Made by a program: the position numbers and the translations under genes
From: Mesoplasma florum L1
GTDB taxonomy: Bacteria; Bacillota_I; Bacilli_A; Mycoplasmatales; Mycoplasmataceae
Length of the DNA: 32,000 bases
Assembly (NCBI RefSeq): GCF_000008305.1
Contig: NC_006055.1
Span: 540,001-572,000, forward strand
Reading direction: 5' to 3'
In this document: in pieces, positions 24,720 through 32,000 of the stretch
Layout of the letters: every line of letters begins with the position of its first letter
Position numbering within the stretch: the stretch's first letter is position 1
The notes under the pieces: generated by a model
What the model saw: the letters and a program-made list of their open reading frames with translations, nothing else
Told to the model about the DNA's origin: nothing
Database searches by the model: none

Positions 24720-26084
24720 TTAATACAATAATGTTTTAGGTGTTCTTGGGAATGGAATAACATCTCTAATGTTTGAAGCACCTGTAATGTACATAATTAA
24801 TCTTTCAAACCCTAAACCAAATCCAGCAGATTTGTAAAATCCATATTTTCTTAATCCAATGTATCAGTCTAATTCTTCAGGATTAATTCCATAGAATTCA
24901 CATCTCTCAAGAATCTTATCTAAGTTAGCTTCACGTTCACTTCCACCACATAATTCACCAATTCCTGGAACTAGTAAGTCTACAGCGGCAACTGTTTTAC
25001 CATCATCATTTTGTTTCATGTAAAATGATTTAATATCTTTTGGATAGTTGATAACAAATGTTGGACATTTGTTAACTTCTTCACAAATAAATCTTTCGTG
25101 TTCTGTACCTAAATCTAAACCAAAATGAATATTGTTTTCTTCAAATTTATGCCCTTTATCAATAGCATCTTGTAATGTTTTTAAAACTTCTTCATAAGTA
25201 TTAACTTTAAATTCAACATTAACAATTCCTGTTATTTTATCAATTAAACCAGGTTCTAATTGTTCTTGTAAAAATTCTAATTCAGTCATGTTTTTTTCTA
25301 AAACATAACCAACAACACTTTTTAACATATCTTGCATTAATTGAATGTTGTCATTAATATCTGCAAAAGCAACTTCTGGTTCTATCATTCAGAATTCTGA
25401 AGCATGTTTTGTTGTATGTGAGTTTTCAGCTCTGAATGTTGGTCCAAAAGTATAGATATTTTTAAATGCTTGAGCAAATGCTTCACCATTTAATTGTCCT
25501 GAAACTGTTAAACTAGCTTTTTTACCAAAAAAGTCATTTGCATAATCTTTATCTTCATTAACTGTAACTACGAATTGTTCACCAGCACCTTCAGCATCAT
25601 TTGAAGTTATGATTGGTGTTGTAACATAAACATAGTTATTTTCTTGAAAGAATTTATGAATTGCAAAAGCAGCTGTTGAGCGAATTCTAAAAATTGCTTG
25701 GAATGTTTTTGTTCTAGCTCTTAAGTGCGAAATTTCTCTTAAAAATTCAGGAGAATGTTCTTTTTTTTGTAATGGATATTCTTCAATTGCTTGATCAAGT
25801 AAAGTAATTGAAGTCGCATTAATTTCAAAAGGTTGTGGTCTTGTTGGTGTAGGAATTAAAATACCTTCGATTTCAACAATTGAACTAACTCTTGCTTTAC
25901 TTCCTTGTTCAAAACCAAATGTTTCTGGTTTATAAACAACTTGTAAGTCATTTAAAACAGTTCCATCATTTAAAACCATAAAGCTAACTGCTTTTCCTTG
26001 ACGATTTGATCTAACTCTACCAATGATTGTTACTTTTTGTTCTTTTAAAGTTTCATGGTTGTCATATAAAAATTTAATATCCAT
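24720..26084 (-). CDS. asnS: Asparaginyl-tRNA synthetase
   Basis: [68 protein letters not shown]; joined across TGA (Trp). Confidence 0.95.
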
Positions 26085-26088
26085 ATCT

Positions 26089-26937
26089 TTATTCTCCTTT
26101 TAATACATATTTTTCTATAAATTTACCAACTCCACCATTAAGGTTTGTATCAGTTTCAAATTTTGCTATTTTTTTAATTGCTGGTACTGAGTTTCCCATA
26201 GCAACTGAATTTGGAACAACTTCAAACATGCTTATGTCATTCATATTGTCACCAAAGATTAATATTTCATCAAGTTTAATATTTAGTAATTCTGCTAATT
26301 TTAATACACCATTACCTTTACTTGCCTCAATGTTAATAAACTCATAAATTGGTGTTGATTCAACATTACTTCTCATTTTGTTTAACACTTTATTTTTATC
26401 AGTTTTTTCAAATCATTCTAACATTGCAGCTTCTTCTTTTTCCTCAACAAAAATCATAAACTGAATAACGTCTTGATAATTATTAAATGTTGATACATCA
26501 ATTGGTTCAACATCATATTTATCAACTCAATTTCTTTCTTTTAATGACTTAACATTAATATCAATTTTATTTCAATATGCATGCGCAGGGACTTTTGTAT
26601 ATGCTAATGTTGGAATATTCATTTCAAACATTTTTTGCATAAATTCTTTAACTAATTCAATATCGATTGTTTCACAATATGTTGGTTCAAATTTTGATAC
26701 TGTTGAAATAACAGATCCGTTTGAAAAAATAGAAACATCAGAATGTTTATCTACATCAAACATTTTTGCTCTTACTGAACCACTTGATCAACCTTGACCA
26801 GTAACAACAGCTACATGAACACCTTGCTCTGATACTTTTTTTAACATTTCTAAATCAAATGGATTTGATATTTTTCCATGTTCTAAAATCGTTCCATCTA
26901 AATCTGTTGCAATCAATTTAATATTAGTTAACTTCAT
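26089..26937 (-). CDS. HAD-superfamily (Cof-type) hydrolase
   Basis: IKLIAIDLDGTILEHGKIS, SNGSVI, EASKGNGVLKLAELL, ILIFGDNMNDISMFEVVPNSVAMGNS. Confidence 0.9.
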
Positions 26938-26941
26938 TTAT

Positions 26942-28087
26942 TTATTTTCCTTTTTTTCTATTTTTTGTTGAATTTACATAGAAAGTATTAACTTCATATT
27001 TCTCTAAGAAATTATTGTCAATAATTTCAGAGTTAATACCTAGATTTTTCAAAGCTCTCTCAGTTGCTTCGTCATCTTTCATTATTTTATTTTCAAAAGT
27101 TAATCATCGATAAACTGTTTGATAATAATGATGTTTAAGAGATAAACAATGTGATGAATAGTCATAAATTAAAATTTCATCATCTCTTGAATGAATTGAT
27201 CTTTTAACAAATAATCTCATTGAATCATCAAATGGTGTTACATTATCATTTCTACAATGTAAGAAAAACATTGGGAATATCATTTTTAAATCTGATTCAT
27301 AGTATTTAAACACGTCTAAATCATTTCAATCTAAATCAGTATCTTGAATTTGGTTTTTAATAATTCTATTAATAGATTTACCAACTCTTTTGTGACTTAC
27401 TAAGTTTTTTAATCAAACATTTCTTGTATGCACTAATAATGTTTTAATGCTTCCATAATATGAGTCTGAAATTGCTCATTTAATATTATATTTAGAAAAT
27501 TCTTCGTTATATTTTACAATACCATATTGCATTGTAAATCCACCCATACTCATTCCAACTAAGCCAATTGTTTCTGGTTTGTGGTTTTCATGTAATCATT
27601 TCATTGCTGCTCTAAAGTCTTTAACTTCACTAGCACCCATAGTTACATATTCAGTACTTTCAGATTCACCATGATTTCTAAAATCAAAAACTAAAATGTT
27701 ATATCCTAGTTCAATGAATGGTCTTGCTTCATATAAAGCTCAATATTTATGTCCAGCAAATCAGTGTAATGATACAACTCATTTTTTAGAATTAGGATCA
27801 GTTATATATTTCATTCCTGAAATAACTACTCCATCTTCTGTTTCGAAATTAAAAGGGATTAAATTATCAGTTGCTTTTAATTGTAGTTGTGGTGTTTTAT
27901 AAAACTTACGCATGATTTTATTCATACGTCTTAATTCAGGATAATAGTATTTATTCTTATTAGAATCTCCCATTGTTCCTTCTAAAGCTTTATAAAAAAA
28001 TTTAAATCTAAGGTTAACAGTTTTAAAAATTTTGCTACCTAATCTAGATCTAGATTTTTTATTATTTTTTTTCTTTACTTTGGACAT
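26942..28087 (-). CDS. Alpha/beta hydrolase
   Basis: ILVFDFRNHGESES, IGLVGMSMGGFTMQYG, MFFLHCRNDNVTP; long basic/hydrophilic N-terminus. Confidence 0.82.
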
Positions 28088-28099
28088 ATATTAATCTCC

Positions 28100-28882
28100 T
28101 TATTTTTTCTCACTATTTAAGTAATGGTAAATTAATAAATCATTAAAGTAATGGAAAGGTAATGATTTTGAAATTAAAACATTATCATCATTTATTTCAA
28201 CACCATCAACAATTAATGTATGAACTAAACTGGCATTTTCTTCAACTTCTTTTGAAGGCACTTTACCTGAAATAAAAATTGATTTACCTTTTTGTTTTCT
28301 TATTGCTTCTATAACTTTTGATAAGTGTGTAGAAGTTCCGTATTTTGTTAAGAATATGTATAAATCATTTGTTTGTGTATTTTTAATTCTATTATTGATT
28401 GAGTCTCAATCTGAATCTAATAATGTTACATTAACACCGTGGTTATAGAAAAAGTTAGAAAGATCCATTGCTGGTCCTCTTAACACACCTTCTCAATAAC
28501 AAATAACAATTCTTGGTGATGAATCAATTAAATTAATTGTTTTAACTAAATTAGCTTTTTTAATTAAAGTGTAATTTTGTTTAATTAAATTAATATATCC
28601 ATTAGCTACGTTTTCATCGTTTTTTGCAATATTTAATTCTGCATGTTCAACGTCATTTGCTAAACAGATCATGAAATCTCGATATCCATCAATATTCATT
28701 TTTTTCAATAAATTATAAATTGCACTAAACCCTGTTTTTGCACGTCTTGCTAATTCATCAATTTTTATATTTTCTTCTACTATTTGTTTTGAATTGCTTT
28801 TAATGTAATCAACAATAATTAATTCACGTGTAGTTAAATTATTTTCCTCAATTGTTGAAAGTTTTGCTAAAAAAGATCTCAT
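28100..28882 (-). CDS. RpiR/MurR-family transcriptional regulator
   Basis: N-terminal HTH RELIIVDYIKSNSKQIVEENIKIDELARRAKTGFSAIYNLLKKMNIDGYRDF, then an SIS-like region. Confidence 0.75.
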
Positions 28883-28948
28883 ATTTCCTCCGTTGTAAAA
28901 TTATGCATTTTTGCATATTTATTTATTATATTTTATCATTTTTGGAAA

Positions 28949-29902
28949 TTAATTACTACTTTTCAACTTTTCGTACGCTAATTTCGCTATCATTGCTGCA
29001 TTATCTGTGCAATATTCCATCTTTGGAACAAATGTGTTTGTTATATTATATTTTTTACCCAATGACATTATTATGTTTCTAATTTCACTATTAGCACTAA
29101 CACCACCAGCAACTGTTAATGTTTTTGGTTTAAATTGAATAATTGCTTTTTCTAGTTTTTTTTCAACTATTTTTGTTGCTGCATATTGAAAACTAGCAGC
29201 AATATCTGCAACCGGTATTTCCTCACCTTTTTGAGTTAAATTATGAATAATATTAATGACTGCTGTTTTTAATCCTGAATATGAAAAGTCATAACTATCA
29301 TCATTTTTAGATATAGGAAATATAAAAGCTTCTTTATTTCCTTTTTGAGCCAATTTGTCAATTTTTGGTCCACCCGGATAACCTAATCCCATTACTCTAG
29401 CTACCTTGTCATAACATTCACCAATAGCATCATCAAGAGTTGCACCAATTACCTCAAATTCATTAGGTGAGTTAACGATTTCAATTTGCGTATGTCCTCC
29501 ACTAACAACCATAGCTAGTACCGGATAAACAAACTCATTCTCAATTGATGCTCCATAAATGTGACCTTCAATATGATGTAATGGCATTAATGGTTTATCA
29601 ATATAACTAGCGATAGTTTCAGCAACTAATTTACCTATGATTAAAGAACCTATTAAACCAGGTTTTTCAGTATATGCAACATGATCAATTTCTTCAATTT
29701 TTGTATTTGAAGATTCAAGTGCAGATTTGATTACTCAAGATATATTTTCTAAATGTAGTCTTGCAGCTAGTTCAGGAACAACACCACCAAAATTAACGTG
29801 TTGATCTATTTGTGATGAAATAATATTTGTTAATATTTTTCCATCATCAATTATTGAAATTGAAAATTCATCACAACTTGATTCAATTGCTAATATTTTC
29901 AT
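28949..29902 (-). CDS. tsaD: tRNA N6-adenosine threonylcarbamoyltransferase
   Basis: [77 protein letters not shown]. Confidence 0.96.
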
Positions 29903-29914
29903 GTGTTCTCCTTT

Positions 29915-30319
29915 TTATAATGATTTAATAAACTCATCATACATTTTTGATATGTTATATCCGAATTTTTGTGCAACTTCAGTATGTAAGTAATCTATTT
30001 TAAAAATATTACCATTTTTAAAAATCATAGTTAAATCAGCAATATCTCCAAGAACTCCTAGTTTTACATCTTCTATTTGTTCTAAACCATATTGTTTAAT
30101 TTGACTTGCTGTTTGAATAAATTTGCTTATTGTAAATAATCTTTTATTTGTTAATAAAATCATATGCGCAAAAGCGTTTATTTCTCCAACAATAATATCA
30201 ATTACATATTCATCAGATAAAAAGTATTTTTCTACTTCATTAAATTCTTTTTTATCTATCAGTTGATATTTATCAAAATTATAAATCTCTAATTTACTTA
30301 AATACTCTTTATTGTTCAT
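29915..30319 (-). CDS. Hypothetical protein, possible bacterial PH-like domain
   Basis: Intact ORF; MILLTNKRLFTISKF..YGLEQIEDVKLG pattern suggests a PH-like beta domain. Confidence 0.6.
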   Translation of the reverse strand: MNNKEYLSKLEIYNFDKYQLIDKKEFNEVEKYFLSDEYVIDIIVGEINAFAHMILLTNKRLFTISKFIQTASQIKQYGLEQIEDVKLGVLGDIADLTMIFKNGNIFKIDYLHTEVAQKFGYNISKMYDEFIKSL

Positions 30320-30340
30320 AAATAGATTATAACAAATAAA

Positions 30341-30368
30341 AAAACCACATTAAGATATGGTGTTTTTA
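30341..30368 (-). terminator. Rho-independent terminator
   Basis: AAAACCACATtaagATATGGTGTTTTT hairpin downstream of the 30385..30774 gene on the minus strand. Confidence 0.65.
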
Positions 30369-30384
30369 TTACAACAAATGTTTG

Positions 30385-30774
30385 TTAATTTAGCATTTCT
30401 TCAATTTCTTTTTCTAAAATTGATGCTTCCTTTTTAAATTTAATAATCATACTTTTATTGTTAGAATTTTTATTTATTGCTTTAATTTTATCTTCTAATT
30501 CTATTTGCTTTAACTTTAAAGATGTCATATTGCATTCATTAATTGAAATGTCATTTTTTTCTTTTTTATTATTTGAATTTTTGTTATATAAAATTCAAAA
30601 TGGAATTGCTCCCACAAATGGGAAAATGGCTAAAGTTGCTAATAAACCCAACCAAACACCAGATTGCTTTCCTTGCTTGCATTTTTTAATAGCTAAAAAA
30701 CTAAATGCAGTTACAAAAATTAAAATAAATAAATAACATGCTATGTAAATAAGTATAAAAGCTCAAGTTGGCAT
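30385..30774 (-). CDS. Small two-TM protein with coiled-coil tail
   Basis: MPTWAFILIYIACYLFILIFVTAFSFLAIKKC..QSGVWLGLLATLAIFPFVGAIPFWILYNK then a helical tail; UGA=Trp frame. Confidence 0.65.
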
Positions 30775-30775
30775 A

Positions 30776-31255
30776 CTAGTTTTCTCCCTTTAAAAAATTG
30801 ATTTTATTTTTGCAAGTAATTATTTCTACTTTTGTTATTTCTATTTCTTTTTTAAGATTGATAATTTCTTTATTCAATGTTGATAAATTTTCTTTGATGA
30901 CCCCAGATTTTTTATTATTCTTTAATTCTTCTCTTAATCTTAACTTTGAGTTTTGAAAAGAAAGTTTAGAATTTAACTTTTCTAATTCACTTAGTGCATT
31001 TTGTAAAAAAATATTGTCTATATTATTATTCTTACTATCAGGTAATTTATGTTTAACTATTTCACTTTTTTGGACGTTATCATTATTTTTTTTATATTTT
31101 TCATACATAATGAAACACAGTACAATACCAAGTAACGCACTACCTAAAAAACCAACTAAAAACCCTCATGGATTACCATTAAAACATAATTCGGCACCAT
31201 AATATGTCAGTCCTACAGCTAAAATTATTACAAATATTATTATAAATATACTCAT
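30776..31255 (-). CDS. Small two-TM protein with coiled-coil tail
   Basis: MSIFIIIFVIILAVGLTYYG..NPWGFLVGFLGSALLGIVLCFIMYEKYKK then a Lys/Glu/Leu-rich helical tail. Confidence 0.65.
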
Positions 31256-31287
31256 TTTATCACCTTATCTTTTATCTTATTTTAGCA

Positions 31288-31306
31288 AAACCACATTATA
31301 TGTGGT
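31288..31306 (-). terminator. Possible terminator at the end of the DHH gene
   Basis: CCACAT-TAT-ATGTGG hairpin abutting the stop codon, followed by a weak minus-strand T-run. Confidence 0.4.
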
Positions 31307-32000
31307 CTATTCATTATCAATTATTATTTGATTTGCATCTTCAACAATTTGCATTGCTTCATCTAAACTGTTAATGATTGCTCCAGCAGCCATTTTGTGA
31401 CCACCTCCACCTCATTTAACAGCTAATTCATTAACTGCAATACCATTTGAACGGAATTCAACTCTTCATTTTCCATCTTCTCTGATTGAGAAAGTGATTC
31501 AAATGTCAATTCCTTCTAAGTCTTTTAATAAGTTTGAAAATTTACCATTTTCTTCATAACTTAAATTATATTTTTTCATTAACTCATCTGGTAAGATGAT
31601 ATATCCAACTTTGTGATCAGTAACTTTAGCTGATGCTATTAATTCTGATTGTAAAGCTAAAACTGGGAATGAACGTTTGTACATAGTTTTATACATTTCA
31701 AACACATCAAAACCTGTCTCAATTAATCTAGCACATACTTCAAAAGTTCTTGGTGTAATACCACCAAATAAAAATCTTCCACTGTCTGTACAAATTCCAT
31801 GATAAATTACTCTAGCTGCAACTGGTGTTATTTCTCAGTTATTATTAACAGCTAAATCTCCAACCATTTCACTTGCACTTGTATAATTTACATCAACTCA
31901 TGATAGATCTCCATATGGTGTTGCATCTGGGTGGTGATCAATTTTTAGTAAAAATGCACCCTTATCATAATTTTGATTATCAATTCTTTCAACATTACCA
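31307..32000 (-). CDS. DHH/DHHA1 phosphoesterase (NrnA-like), N-terminus beyond window edge
   Basis: LLKIDHHPDATPYGDLSWVDVNYTSASEMV, GICTDSGRF, VNELAVKWGGGGHKMAAGA. Confidence 0.88.

Noticed and set aside
28900-28945. Hairpin TATGCA-TTTT-TGCATA as a tsaD terminator
   Set aside because: The stem is short and AT-rich with only a weak T-run in the relevant orientation; not distinguishable from background in this AT-rich intergenic region.

Overview
This 32 kb window is AT-rich Mollicutes chromosome, most like the Mesoplasma/Entomoplasma/Spiroplasma group. UGA is clearly read as Trp (genetic code 4). The supplied ORF track stops at TGA and therefore splits most genes; I rejoined the same-frame pieces by reading through TGA. 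Core genes supported by sequence: hpt, ruvX, a PAP2 phosphatase, a cytidine deaminase, eno, typA/bipA, a NUDIX hydrolase, an ASCH-like protein, lepA, two alpha/beta hydrolases, rnhA, proS, tRNA-Ser(GCU), rlmH, ffh, asnS, a HAD hydrolase, an RpiR-type regulator, tsaD and a DHH phosphoesterase. The most unusual part is a four-gene minus-strand cluster at 1-8600. In transcription order it encodes (i) a 955-aa protein with an ABC ATPase domain fused to a ~650-residue largely coiled-coil extension containing internal repeats of about 140 aa, (ii) a large lipoprotein, (iii) an ABC-2-like permease with a ~330-residue non-membrane insert, and (iv) a second large lipoprotein paralogous to the first, cut by the window edge. 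A 16-bp A/T homopolymer lies about 81 bp upstream of the first gene. This is the best candidate for an undescribed system. Secondary items are an apparent +1/-1 frame disruption at a T7 tract in the PAP2 gene, a small protein with a possible DarT/ART-like motif, and convergent genes overlapping by 4 bp. No CRISPR array, transposon or restriction-modification system was seen. All protein identities come from motif recognition by eye; no database search was run.
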